Shown piece after piece: positions 49,901 through 64,000 of a stretch of 64,000 bases of DNA. Below the pieces are notes generated by a model. That model was not told the origin of the DNA. It ran no database searches and saw only the letters and a list, made by a program, of their open reading frames with translations. This stretch comes from Paragordius varius. Lineage: Eukaryota > Animalia > Nematomorpha. How positions within the stretch are numbered: the stretch's first letter is position 1; every line of letters begins with the position of its first letter. A program made the position numbers and the translations under genes. The stretch covers positions 10,540,001-10,604,000 of the forward strand of contig OZ176051.1 in NCBI GenBank assembly GCA_964247055.1, written 5' to 3'.

Positions 49901-52900
49901 AAGCTATTGTCGGGGCATTCATTAATTATTAAATTTTTTCGATGTTTGGATTTGAATGGGTTCACCGGTTTTCCGGAAACAGATCACAAAGTTATATGAA
50001 AAATCAGTTTTTAGCGGGTAGCTCCTTACCCAGCAACTATCATCAAATAAACGGTGGACTATAATTTCTGCCTTTTAACAGGAAATACGTGGAATCTTTA
50101 TTGAATTTTTATGGTCTCATACCTAGGGCGAAAAATCGATTTAAAAATTTATTTTTGTGGACTTTTTTTTTTTTGAAAAAAATGGCATTTTACGGGGGGA
50201 GCGGGTAAAAAGAGGGCCTAAATCAAAAAAGTGACTCGACTATGTTCGGCGCAATCGAAAATAAGTAAACAAAAATCATATTTGAAATTGAATGGTCCAA
50301 CACGTTCTCCAAAAAATTGACTTAACCCATTTTTCACACGGGGTGGGCCCAAACTGGGGACCTAATTCCAAAAAAGGGCGAAGCTATTGTCGGGGCATTC
50401 ATTAATTATTAAATTTTTTCGATGTTTGGATTTGAATGGGTTCACCGGTTTTCCGGAAACAGATCACAAAGTTATATGAAAAATCAGTTTTTAGCGGGTA
50501 GCTCCTTACCCAGCAACTATCATCAAATAAACGGTGGACTATAATTTCTGCCTTTTAACAGGAAATACGTGGAATCTTTATTGAATTTTTATGGTCTCAT
50601 ACCTAGGGCGAAAAATCGATTTAAAAAATTATTTTTGTGGACTTTTTTTTTTGAAAAAAATGGCATTTTACGGGGGGAGCGGGTAAAAAGAGGGCCTAAA
50701 TCAAAAAAGTGACTCGACTATGTTCGGCGCAATCGAAAATAAGTAAACAAAAATCATATTTGAAATTGAATGGTCCAACACGTTCTCCAAAAAATTGACT
50801 TAACCCATTTTTCACACGGGGTGGGCCCAAACTGGGGACCTAATTCCAAAAAAGGGCGAAGCTATTGTCGGGGCATTCATTAATGATTAAATTTTTTCGA
50901 TGTTTGGATTTGAATGGGTTCACCGGTTTTCCGGAAACAGATCACAAAGTTATATGAAAAATCAGTTTTTAGCGGGTAGCTCCTTACCCAGCAGCTATCA
51001 TCAAATAAACGGTGGACTATAATTTTTGCCTTTTAACAGGAAATACGTGGAATCTTTATTGAATTTTTTCGGTCTCATACCTAGGGCGAAAAATCGATTT
51101 AAAAATTATTTTTGTGGACTTTTTTTTTTGAAAAAAATGGCATTTTACGGGGGGAGCGGGTAAAAAGAGGGCCTAAATCAAAAAAGTGACTCGACTATGT
51201 TCGGCGCAATCGAAAATAAGTAAACAAAAATCATATTTGAAATTGAATGGTCCAACACGTTCTCCAAAAAATTGACTTAACCCATTTTTCACACGGGGTG
51301 GGCCCAAACTGGGGACCTAATTCCAAAAAAGGGCGAAGCTATTGTCGGGGCATTCATTAATTATTAAATTTTTTCGATGTTTGGATTTGAATGGGTTCAC
51401 CGGTTTTCCGGAAACAGATCACAAAGTTATATGAAAAATCAGTTTTTAGCGGGTAGCTCCTTACCCAGCAGCTATCATCAAATAAACGGTGGACTATAAT
51501 TTCTGCCTTTTAACAGGAAATACGTGGAATCTTTATTGAATTTTTATGGTCTCATACCTAGGGCGAAAAATCGATTTAAAAAATTATTTTTGTGGACTTT
51601 TTTTTTTTGAAAAAAATGGCATTTTACGGGGGGAGCGGGTAAAAAGAGGGCCTAAATCAAAAAAGTGACTCGACTATGTTCGGCGCAATCGAAAATAAGT
51701 AAACAAAAATCATATTTGAAATTGAATGGTCCAACACGTTCTCCAAAAAATTGACTTAACCCATTTTTCACACGGGGTGGGCCCAAACTGGGGACCTAAT
51801 TCCAAAAAAGGGCGAAGCTATTGTCGGGGCATTCATTAATTATTAAATTTTTTCGATGTTTGGATTTGAATGGGTTCACCGGTTTTCCGGAAACAGATCA
51901 CAAAGTTATATGAAAAATCAGTTTTTAGCGGGTAGCTCCTTACCCAGCAACTATCATCAAATAAACGGTGGACTATAATTTCTGCCTTTTAACAGGAAAT
52001 ACGTGGAATCTTTATTGAATTTTTATGGTCTCATACCTAGGGCGAAAAATCGATTTAAAAAATTATTTTTGTGGACTTTTTTTTTTGAAAAAAATGGCAT
52101 TTTACGGGGGGAGCGGGTAAAAAGAGGGCCTAAATCAAAAAAGTGACTCGACTATGTTCGGCGCAATCGAAAATAAGTAAACAAAAATCATATTTGAAAT
52201 TGAATGGTCCAACACGTTCTCCAAAAAATTGACTTAACCCATTTTTCACACGGGGTGGGCCCAAACTGGGGACCTAATTCCAAAAAAGGGCGAAGCTATT
52301 GTCGGGGCATTCATTAATGATTAAATTTTTTCGATGTTTGGATTTGAATGGGTTCACCGGTTTTCCGGAAACAGATCACAAAGTTATATGAAAAATCAGT
52401 TTTTAGCGGGTAGCTCCTTACCCAGCAGCTATCATCAAATAAACGGTGGACTATAATTTCTGCCTTTTAACAGGAAATACGTGGAATCTTTATTGAATTT
52501 TTATGGTCTCATACCTAGGGCGAAAAATCGATTTAAAAAATTATTTTTGTGGACTTTGTTTTTTTTTTGAAAAAAATGGCATTTTACGGGGGGAGCGGGT
52601 AAAAAGAGGGCCTAAATCAAAAAAGTGACTCGACTATGTTCGGCGCAATCGAAAATAAGTAAACAAAAATCATATTTGAAATTGAATGGTCCAACACGTT
52701 CTCCAAAAAATTGACTTAACCCATTTTTCACACGGGGTGGGCCCAAACTGGGGACCTAATTCCAAAAAAGGGCGAAGCTATTGTCGGGGCATTCATTAAT
52801 GATTAAATTTTTTCGATGTTTGGATTTGAATGGGTTCACCGGTTTTCCGGAAACAGATCACAAAGTTATATGAAAAATCAGTTTTTAGCGGGTAGCTCCT

Positions 52901-55900
52901 TACCCAGCAGCTATCATCAAATAAACGGTGGACTATAATTTCTGCCTTTTAACAGGAAATACGTGGAATCTTTATTGAATTTTTATGGTCTCATACCTAG
53001 GGCGAAAAATCGATTTAAAAAATTATTTTTGTGGACTTTGTTTTTTTTTTGAAAAAAATGGCATTTTACGGGGGGAGCGGGTAAAAAGAGGGCCTAAATC
53101 AAAAAAGTGACTCGACTATGTTCGGCGCAATCGAAAATAAGTAAACAAAAATCATATTTGAAATTGAATGGTCCAACACGTTCTCCAAAAAATTGACTTA
53201 ACCCATTTTTCACACGGGGTGGGCCCAAACTGGGGACCTAATTCCAAAAAAGGGCGAAGCTATTGTCGGGGCATTCATTAATGATTAAATTTTTTCGATG
53301 TTTGGATTTGAATGGGTTCACCGGTTTTCCGGAAACAGATCACAAAGTTATATGAAAAATCAGTTTTTAGCGGGTAGCTCCTTACCCAGCAGCTATCATC
53401 AAATAAACGGTGGACTATAATTTCTGCCTTTTAACAGGAAATACGTGGAATCTTTATTGAATTTTTATGGTCTCATACCTAGGGCGAAAAATCGATTTAA
53501 AAAATTATTTTTGTGGACTTTGTTTTTTTTTTGAAAAAAATGGCATTTTACGGGGGGAGCGGGTAAAAAGAGGGCCTAAATCAAAAAAGTGACTCGACTA
53601 TGTTCGGCGCAATCGAAAATAAGTAAACAAAAATCATATTTGAAATTGAATGGTCCAACACGTTCTCCAAAAAATTGACTTAACCCATTTTTCACACGGG
53701 GTGGGCCCAAACTGGGGACCTAATTCCAAAAAAGGGCGAAGCTATTGTCGGGGCATTCATTAATGATTAAATTTTTTCGATGTTTGGATTTGAATGGGTT
53801 CACCGGTTTTCCGGAAACAGATCACAAAGTTATATGAAAAATCAGTTTTTAGCGGGTAGCTCCTTACCCAGCAGCTATCATCAAATAAACGGTGGACTAT
53901 AATTTCTGCCTTTTAACAGGAAATACGTGGAATCTTTATTGAATTTTTATGGTCTCATACCTAGGGCGAAAAATCGATTTAAAAAATTATTTTTGTGGAC
54001 TTTTTTTTTTTGAAAAAAATGGCATTTTACGGGGGGAGCGGGTAAAAAGAGGGCCTAAATCAAAAAAGTGACTCGACTATGTTCGGCGCAATCGAAAATA
54101 AGTAAACAAAAATCATATTTGAAATTGAATGGTCCAACACGTTCTCCAAAAAATTGACTTAACCCATTTTTCACACGGGGTGGGCCCAAACTGGGGACCT
54201 AATTCCAAAAAAGGGCGAAGCTATTGTCGGGGCATTCATTAATGATTAAATTTTTTCGATGTTTGGATTTGAATGGGTTCACCGGTTTTCCGGAAACAGA
54301 TCACAAAGTTATATGAAAAATCAGTTTTTAGCGGGTAGCTCCTTACCCAGCAGCTATCATCAAATAAACGGTGGACTATAATTTCTGCCTTTTAACAGGA
54401 AATACGTGGAATCTTTATTGAATTTTTATGGTCTCATACCTAGGGCGAAAAATCGATTTAAAAAATTATTTTTGTGGACTTTGTTTTTTTTTTGAAAAAA
54501 ATGGCATTTTACGGGGGGAGCGGGTAAAAAGAGGGCCTAAATCAAAAAAGTGACTCGACTATGTTCGGCGCAATCGAAAATAAGTAAACAAAAATCATAT
54601 TTGAAATTGAATGGTCCAACACGTTCTCCAAAAAATTGACTTAACCCATTTTTCACACGGGGTGGGCCCAAACTGGGGACCTAATTCCAAAAAAGGGCGA
54701 AGCTATTGTCGGGGCATTCATTAATTATTAAATTTTTTCGATGTTTGGATTTGAATGGGTTCACCGGTTTTCCGGAAACAGATCACAAAGTTATATGAAA
54801 AATCAGTTTTTAGCGGGTAGCTCCTTACCCAGCAACTATCATCAAATAAACGGTGGACTATAATTTCTGCCTTTTAACAGGAAATACGTGGAATCTTTAT
54901 TGAATTTTTATGGTCTCATACCTAGGGCGAAAAATCGATTTAAAAATTTATTTTTGTGGACTTTTTTTTTTTGAAAAAAATGGCATTTTACGGGGGGAGC
55001 GGGTAAAAAGAGGGCCTAAATCAAAAAAGTGACTCGACTATGTTCGGCGCAATCGAAAATAAGTAAACAAAAATCATATTTGAAATTGAATGGTCCAACA
55101 CGTTCTCCAAAAAATTGACTTAACCCATTTTTCACACGGGGTGGGCCCAAACTGGGGACCTAATTCCAAAAAAGGGCGAAGCTATTGTCGGGGCATTCAT
55201 TAATTATTAAATTTTTTCGATGTTTGGATTTGAATGGGTTCACCGGTTTTCCGGAAACAGATCACAAAGTTATATGAAAAATCAGTTTTTAGCGGGTAGC
55301 TCCTTACCCAGCAACTATCATCAAATAAACGGTGGACTATAATTTCTGCCTTTTAACAGGAAATACGTGGAATCTTTATTGAATTTTTATGGTCTCATAC
55401 CTAGGGCGAAAAATCGATTTAAAAAATTATTTTTGTGGACTTTTTTTTTTGAAAAAAATGGCATTTTACGGGGGGAGCGGGTAAAAAGAGGGCCTAAATC
55501 AAAAAAGTGACTCGACTATGTTCGGCGCAATCGAAAATAAGTAAACAAAAATCATATTTGAAATTGAATGGTCCAACACGTTCTCCAAAAAATTGACTTA
55601 ACCCATTTTTCACACGGGGTGGGCCCAAACTGGGGACCTAATTCCAAAAAAGGGCGAAGCTATTGTCGGGGCATTCATTAATGATTAAATTTTTTCGATG
55701 TTTGGATTTGAATGGGTTCACCGGTTTTCCGGAAACAGATCACAAAGTTATATGAAAAATCAGTTTTTAGCGGGTAGCTCCTTACCCAGCAGCTATCATC
55801 AAATAAACGGTGGACTATAATTTTTGCCTTTTAACAGGAAATACGTGGAATCTTTATTGAATTTTTTCGGTCTCATACCTAGGGCGAAAAATCGATTTAA

Positions 55901-58900
55901 AAATTATTTTTGTGGACTTTTTTTTTTGAAAAAAATGGCATTTTACGGGGGGAGCGGGTAAAAAGAGGGCCTAAATCAAAAAAGTGACTCGACTATGTTC
56001 GGCGCAATCGAAAATAAGTAAACAAAAATCATATTTGAAATTGAATGGTCCAACACGTTCTCCAAAAAATTGACTTAACCCATTTTTCACACGGGGTGGG
56101 CCCAAACTGGGGACCTAATTCCAAAAAAGGGCGAAGCTATTGTCGGGGCATTCATTAATTATTAAATTTTTTCGATGTTTGGATTTGAATGGGTTCACCG
56201 GTTTTCCGGAAACAGATCACAAAGTTATATGAAAAATCAGTTTTTAGCGGGTAGCTCCTTACCCAGCAGCTATCATCAAATAAACGGTGGACTATAATTT
56301 CTGCCTTTTAACAGGAAATACGTGGAATCTTTATTGAATTTTTATGGTCTCATACCTAGGGCGAAAAATCGATTTAAAAAATTATTTTTGTGGACTTTTT
56401 TTTTTTGAAAAAAATGGCATTTTACGGGGGGAGCGGGTAAAAAGAGGGCCTAAATCAAAAAAGTGACTCGACTATGTTCGGCGCAATCGAAAATAAGTAA
56501 ACAAAAATCATATTTGAAATTGAATGGTCCAACACGTTCTCCAAAAAATTGACTTAACCCATTTTTCACACGGGGTGGGCCCAAACTGGGGACCTAATTC
56601 CAAAAAAGGGCGAAGCTATTGTCGGGGCATTCATTAATTATTAAATTTTTTCGATGTTTGGATTTGAATGGGTTCACCGGTTTTCCGGAAACAGATCACA
56701 AAGTTATATGAAAAATCAGTTTTTAGCGGGTAGCTCCTTACCCAGCAACTATCATCAAATAAACGGTGGACTATAATTTCTGCCTTTTAACAGGAAATAC
56801 GTGGAATCTTTATTGAATTTTTATGGTCTCATACCTAGGGCGAAAAATCGATTTAAAAAATTATTTTTGTGGACTTTTTTTTTTGAAAAAAATGGCATTT
56901 TACGGGGGGAGCGGGTAAAAAGAGGGCCTAAATCAAAAAAGTGACTCGACTATGTTCGGCGCAATCGAAAATAAGTAAACAAAAATCATATTTGAAATTG
57001 AATGGTCCAACACGTTCTCCAAAAAATTGACTTAACCCATTTTTCACACGGGGTGGGCCCAAACTGGGGACCTAATTCCAAAAAAGGGCGAAGCTATTGT
57101 CGGGGCATTCATTAATGATTAAATTTTTTCGATGTTTGGATTTGAATGGGTTCACCGGTTTTCCGGAAACAGATCACAAAGTTATATGAAAAATCAGTTT
57201 TTAGCGGGTAGCTCCTTACCCAGCAGCTATCATCAAATAAACGGTGGACTATAATTTCTGCCTTTTAACAGGAAATACGTGGAATCTTTATTGAATTTTT
57301 ATGGTCTCATACCTAGGGCGAAAAATCGATTTAAAAAATTATTTTTGTGGACTTTGTTTTTTTTTTGAAAAAAATGGCATTTTACGGGGGGAGCGGGTAA
57401 AAAGAGGGCCTAAATCAAAAAAGTGACTCGACTATGTTCGGCGCAATCGAAAATAAGTAAACAAAAATCATATTTGAAATTGAATGGTCCAACACGTTCT
57501 CCAAAAAATTGACTTAACCCATTTTTCACACGGGGTGGGCCCAAACTGGGGACCTAATTCCAAAAAAGGGCGAAGCTATTGTCGGGGCATTCATTAATGA
57601 TTAAATTTTTTCGATGTTTGGATTTGAATGGGTTCACCGGTTTTCCGGAAACAGATCACAAAGTTATATGAAAAATCAGTTTTTAGCGGGTAGCTCCTTA
57701 CCCAGCAGCTATCATCAAATAAACGGTGGACTATAATTTCTGCCTTTTAACAGGAAATACGTGGAATCTTTATTGAATTTTTATGGTCTCATACCTAGGG
57801 CGAAAAATCGATTTAAAAAATTATTTTTGTGGACTTTGTTTTTTTTTTGAAAAAAATGGCATTTTACGGGGGGAGCGGGTAAAAAGAGGGCCTAAATCAA
57901 AAAAGTGACTCGACTATGTTCGGCGCAATCGAAAATAAGTAAACAAAAATCATATTTGAAATTGAATGGTCCAACACGTTCTCCAAAAAATTGACTTAAC
58001 CCATTTTTCACACGGGGTGGGCCCAAACTGGGGACCTAATTCCAAAAAAGGGCGAAGCTATTGTCGGGGCATTCATTAATGATTAAATTTTTTCGATGTT
58101 TGGATTTGAATGGGTTCACCGGTTTTCCGGAAACAGATCACAAAGTTATATGAAAAATCAGTTTTTAGCGGGTAGCTCCTTACCCAGCAGCTATCATCAA
58201 ATAAACGGTGGACTATAATTTCTGCCTTTTAACAGGAAATACGTGGAATCTTTATTGAATTTTTATGGTCTCATACCTAGGGCGAAAAATCGATTTAAAA
58301 AATTATTTTTGTGGACTTTGTTTTTTTTTTGAAAAAAATGGCATTTTACGGGGGGAGCGGGTAAAAAGAGGGCCTAAATCAAAAAAGTGACTCGACTATG
58401 TTCGGCGCAATCGAAAATAAGTAAACAAAAATCATATTTGAAATTGAATGGTCCAACACGTTCTCCAAAAAATTGACTTAACCCATTTTTCACACGGGGT
58501 GGGCCCAAACTGGGGACCTAATTCCAAAAAAGGGCGAAGCTATTGTCGGGGCATTCATTAATTATTAAATTTTTTCGATGTTTGGATTTGAATGGGTTCA
58601 CCGGTTTTCCGGAAACAGATCACAAAGTTATATGAAAAATCAGTTTTTAGCGGGTAGCTCCTTACCCAGCAACTATCATCAAATAAACGGTGGACTATAA
58701 TTTCTGCCTTTTAACAGGAAATACGTGGAATCTTTATTGAATTTTTACGGTCTCATACCTAGGGCGAAAAATCGATTTAAAAAATTATTTTTGTGGACTG
58801 TTTTTTTTTTGAAAAAAATGGCATTTTACGGGGGGAGCGGGTAAAAAGAGGGCCTAAATCAAAAAAGTGACTCGACTATGTTCGGCGCAATCGAAAATAA

Positions 58901-61900
58901 GTAAACAAAAATCATATTTGAAATTGAATGGTCCAACAAGTTCTCCAAAAAATTGACTTAACCCATTTTTCACACGGGGTGGGCCCAAACTGGGGACCTA
59001 ATTCCAAAAAAGGGCGAAGCTATTGTCGGGGCATTCATTAATGATTAAATTTTTTCGATGTTTGGATTTGAATGGGTTCACCGGTTTTCCGGAAACAGAT
59101 CACAAAGTTATATGAAAAATCAGTTTTTAGCGGGTAGCTCCTTACCCAGCAGCTATCATCAAATAAACGGTGGACTATAATTTCTGCCTTTTAACAGGAA
59201 ATACGTGGAATCTTTATTGAATTTTTATGGTCTCATACCTAGGGCGAAAAATCGATTTAAAAAATTATTTTTGTGGACTTTGTTTTTTTTTGAAAAAAAT
59301 GGCATTTTACGGGGGGAGCGGGTAAAAAGAGGGCCTAAATCAAAAAAGTGACTCGACTATGTTCGGCGCAATCGAAAATAAGTAAACAAAAATCATATTT
59401 GAAATTGAATGGTCCAACACGTTCTCCAAAAAATTGACTTAACCCATTTTTCACACGGGGTGGGCCCAAACTGGGGACCTAATTCCAAAAAAGGGCGAAG
59501 CTATTGTCGGGGCATTCATTAATGATTAAATTTTTTCGATGTTTGGATTTGAATGGGTTCACCGGTTTTCCGGAAACAGATCACAAAGTTATATGAAAAA
59601 TCAGTTTTTAGCGGGTAGCTCCTTACCCAGCAGCTATCATCAAATAAACGGTGGACTATAATTTCTGCCTTTTAACAGGAAATACGTGGAATCTTTATTG
59701 AATTTTTATGGTCTCATACCTAGGGCGAAAAATCGATTTAAAAAATTATTTTTGTGGACTTTGTTTTTTTTTTGAAAAAAATGGCATTTTACGGGGGGAG
59801 CGGGTAAAAAGAGGGCCTAAATCAAAAAAGTGACTCGACTATGTTCGGCGCAATCGAAAATAAGTAAACAAAAATCATATTTGAAATTGAATGGTCCAAC
59901 ACGTTCTCCAAAAAATTGACTTAACCCATTTTTCACACGGGGTGGGCCCAAACTGGGGACCTAATTCCAAAAAAGGGCGAAGCTATTGTCGGGGCATTCA
60001 TTAATTATTAAATTTTTTCGATGTTTGGATTTGAATGGGTTCACCGGTTTTCCGGAAACAGATCACAAAGTTATATGAAAAATCAGTTTTTAGCGGGTAG
60101 CTCCTTACCCAGCAACTATCATCAAATAAACGGTGGACTATAATTTCTGCCTTTTAACAGGAAATACGTGGAATCTTTATTGAATTTTTACGGTCTCATA
60201 CCTAGGGCGAAAAATCGATTTAAAAAATTATTTTTGTGGACTTTGTTTTTTTTTTGAAAAAAATGGCATTTTACGGGGGGAGCGGGTAAAAAGAGGGCCT
60301 AAATCAAAAAAGTGACTCGACTATGTTCGGCGCAATCGAAAATAAGTAAACAAAAATCATATTTGAAATTGAATGGTCCAACACGTTCTCCAAAAAATTG
60401 ACTTAACCCATTTTTCACACGGGGTGGGCCCAAACTGGGGACCTAATTCCAAAAAAGGGCGAAGCTATTGTCGGGGCATTCATTAATGATTAAATTTTTT
60501 CGATGTTTGGATTTGAATGGGTTCACCGGTTTTCCGGAAACAGATCACAAAGTTATATGAAAAATCAGTTTTTAGCGGGTAGCTCCTTACCCAGCAGCTA
60601 TCATCAAATAAACGGTGGACTATAATTTCTGCCTTTTAACAGGAAATACGTGGAATCTTTATTGAATTTTTATGGTCTCATACCTAGGGCGAAAAATCGA
60701 TTTAAAAAATTATTTTTGTGGACTTTTTTTTTTTGAAAAAAATGGCATTTTACGGGGGGAGCGGGTAAAAAGAGGGCCTAAATCAAAAAAGTGACTCGAC
60801 TATGTTCGGCGCAATCGAAAATAAGTAAACAAAAATCATATTTGAAATTGAATGGTCCAACACGTTCTCCAAAAAATTGACTTAACCCATTTTTCACACG
60901 GGGTGGGCCCAAACTGGGGACCTAATTCCAAAAAAGGGCGAAGCTATTGTCGGGGCATTCATTAATTATTAAATTTTTTCGATGTTTGGATTTGAATGGG
61001 TTCACCGGTTTTCCGGAAACAGATCACAAAGTTATATGAAAAATCAGTTTTTAGCGGGTAGCTCCTTACCCAGCAACTATCATCAAATAAACGGTGGACT
61101 ATAATTTCTGCCTTTTAACAGGAAATACGTGGAATCTTTATTGAATTTTTACGGTCTCATACCTAGGGCGAAAAATCGATTTAAAAAATTATTTTTGTGG
61201 ACTTTGTTTTTTTTTTGAAAAAAATGGCATTTTACGGGGGGAGCGGGTAAAAAGAGGGCCTAAATCAAAAAAGTGACTCGACTATGTTCGGCGCAATCGA
61301 AAATAAGTAAACAAAAATCATATTTGAAATTGAATGGTCCAACACGTTCTCCAAAAAATTGACTTAACCCATTTTTCACACGGGGTGGGCCCAAACTGGG
61401 GACCTAATTCCAAAAAAGGGCGAAGCTATTGTCGGGGCATTCATTAATGATTAAATTTTTTCGATGTTTGGATTTGAATGGGTTCACCGGTTTTCCGGAA
61501 ACAGATCACAAAGTTATATGAAAAATCAGTTTTTAGCGGGTAGCTCCTTACCCAGCAGCTATCATCAAATAAACGGTGGACTATAATTTCTGCCTTTTAA
61601 CAGGAAATACGTGGAATCTTTATTGAATTTTTATGGTCTCATACCTAGGGCGAAAAATCGATTTAAAAAATTATTTTTGTGGACTTTGTTTTTTTTTGAA
61701 AAAAATGGCATTTTACGGGGGGAGCGGGTAAAAAGAGGGCCTAAATCAAAAAAGTGACTCGACTATGTTCGGCGCAATCGAAAATAAGTAAACAAAAATC
61801 ATATTTGAAATTGAATGGTCCAACACGTTCTCCAAAAAATTGACTTAACCCATTTTTCACACGGGGTGGGCCCAAACTGGGGACCTAATTCCAAAAAAGG

Positions 61901-64000
61901 GCGAAGCTATTGTCGGGGCATTCATTAATGATTAAATTTTTTCGATGTTTGGATTTGAATGGGTTCACCGGTTTTCCGGAAACAGATCACAAAGTTATAT
62001 GAAAAATCAGTTTTTAGCGGGTAGCTCCTTACCCAGCAGCTATCATCAAATAAACGGTGGACTATAATTTCTGCCTTTTAACAGGAAATACGTGGAATCT
62101 TTATTGAATTTTTATGGTCTCATACCTAGGGCGAAAAATCGATTTAAAAAATTATTTTTGTGGACTTTGTTTTTTTTTTGAAAAAAATGGCATTTTACGG
62201 GGGGAGCGGGTAAAAAGAGGGCCTAAATCAAAAAAGTGACTCGACTATGTTCGGCGCAATCGAAAATAAGTAAACAAAAATCATATTTGAAATTGAATGG
62301 TCCAACACGTTCTCCAAAAAATTGACTTAACCCATTTTTCACACGGGGTGGGCCCAAACTGGGGACCTAATTCCAAAAAAGGGCGAAGCTATTGTCGGGG
62401 CATTCATTAATTATTAAATTTTTTCGATGTTTGGATTTGAATGGGTTCACCGGTTTTCCGGAAACAGATCACAAAGTTATATGAAAAATCAGTTTTTAGC
62501 GGGTAGCTCCTTACCCAGCAACTATCATCAAATAAACGGTGGACTATAATTTCTGCCTTTTAACAGGAAATACGTGGAATCTTTATTGAATTTTTACGGT
62601 CTCATACCTAGGGCGAAAAATCGATTTAAAAAATTATTTTTGTGGACTTTGTTTTTTTTTTGAAAAAAATGGCATTTTACGGGGGGAGCGGGTAAAAAGA
62701 GGGCCTAAATCAAAAAAGTGACTCGACTATGTTCGGCGCAATCGAAAATAAGTAAACAAAAATCATATTTGAAATTGAATGGTCCAACACGTTCTCCAAA
62801 AAATTGACTTAACCCATTTTTCACACGGGGTGGGCCCAAACTGGGGACCTAATTCCAAAAGAAGCTATTGTCGGGGCATTCATTAATGATTAAATTTTTT
62901 CGATGTTTGGATTTGAATGGGTTCACCGGTTTTCCGGAAACAGATCACAAAGTTATATGAAAAATCAGTTTTTAGCGGGTAGCTCCTTACCCAGCAACTA
63001 TCATCAAATAAACGGTGGACTATAATTTCTGCCTTTTAACAGGAAATACGTGGAATCTTTATTGAATTTTTATGGTCTCATACCTAGGGCGAAAAATCGA
63101 TTTAAAAAATTATTTTTGTGGACTTTTTTTTTTGAAAAAAATGGCATTTTACGGGGGGAGCGGGTAAAAAGAGGGCCTAAATCAAAAAAGTGACTCGACT
63201 ATGTTCGGCGCAATCGAAAATAAGTAAACAAAAATCATATTTGAAATTGAATGGTCCAACACGTTCTCCAAAAAATTGACTTAACCCATTTTTCACACGG
63301 GGTGGGCCCAAACTGGGGACCTAATTCCAAAAAAGGGCGAAGCTATTGTCGGGGCATTCATTAATGATTAAATTTTTTCGATGTTTGGATTTGAATGGGT
63401 TCACCGGTTTTCCGGAAACAGATCACAAAGTTATATGAAAAATCAGTTTTTAGCGGGTAGCTCCTTACCCAGCAGCTATCATCAAATAAACGGTGGACTA
63501 TAATTTCTGCCTTTTAACAGGAAATACGTGGATTCTTTATTGAATTTTTACGGTCTCATACCTAGGGCGAAAAATCGATTTAAAAAATTATTTTTGTGGA
63601 CTTTGTTTTTTTTTGAAAAAAATGGCATTTTACGGGGGGAGCGGGTAAAAAGAGGGCCTAAATCAAAAAAGTGACTCGACTATGTTCGGCGCAATCGAAA
63701 ATAAGTAAACAAAAATCATATTTGAAATTGAATGGTCCAACACGTTCTCCAAAAAATTGACTTAACCCATTTTTCACACGGGGTGGGCCCAAACTGGGGA
63801 CCTAATTCCAAAAAAGGGCGAAGCTATTGTCGGGGCATTCATTAATGATTAAATTTTTTCGATGTTTGGATTTGAATGGGTTCACCGGTTTTCCGGAAAC
63901 AGATCACAAAGTTATATGAAAAATCAGTTTTTAGCGGGTAGCTCCTTACCCAGCAGCTATCATCAAATAAACGGTGGACTATAATTTCTGCCTTTTAACA
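34960..64000 (-). mobile_element. Helitron (rolling-circle) element, 3' terminus at 34960, carrying the tandem array
   Basis: The minus strand ends ...ctcgggctgc-gta-gcagcacgag-attcacg-CTAG followed by T: a GC-rich 10-bp hairpin (1 mismatch) 7 nt upstream of CTAG, matching the canonical Helitron 3' signature. The 5' end is not in the window and no RepHel ORF is present. Confidence 0.8.
35020..64000. repeat. ~480-bp tandem satellite array, 60 complete units plus a partial unit, running off the window end
   Basis: The anchor gtttggatttgaatggg recurs at 35020, 35553, 36032, 36511, 36993 ... 63864 (28311 bp over 59 intervals, mean ~480 bp). After the first unit, differences are mostly confined to about eight recurrent sites and poly-T length. 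The supplied track shows no ORF in the array. Confidence 0.99.

Noticed and set aside
35020-64000. Array as a CRISPR, rDNA/5S, tRNA, spliced-leader or histone cluster
   Set aside because: There are no unique spacers, no ORFs in the supplied track, and no recognisable 5S, tRNA A/B-box, SL or rRNA sequence in the monomer. A covariance-model (Rfam/Infernal) scan would be the definitive check.

Overview
Very AT-rich eukaryotic genomic DNA, most consistent with an invertebrate animal (DUF229 gene plus RTE, Gypsy, hAT, Tc1/mariner-like, piggyBac-like and Helitron elements). The species cannot be identified from the sequence. Bases 1-34.9 kb are a transposon-littered region with three apparently intact spliced genes that I reconstructed by hand: a parvulin PIN4 (+, 3 exons, 120 aa), a GH35 beta-galactosidase (-, 13 exons, 780 aa) and a DUF229 protein (+, 4 exons, 757 aa). 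There is also one uncertain gene or pseudogene. From ~35.0 kb to the window end is a highly homogeneous ~480-bp tandem array (60 complete units plus a partial one) that begins just inside a canonical Helitron 3' terminus on the minus strand. Most notable: (i) 22-, 24- and 25-nt GT-AG introns that are required to restore conserved proteins, alongside 600-1250-nt introns; (ii) a >=29-kb Helitron-borne satellite with a divergent edge monomer, dispersed non-tandem relatives 27 kb away, and 3-, 5- and 10-mer higher-order duplications; (iii) a ~42-aa insertion in the GH35 catalytic domain bounded by basic convertase-type sites. All alignments and counts were done by eye, and no database searches were run.
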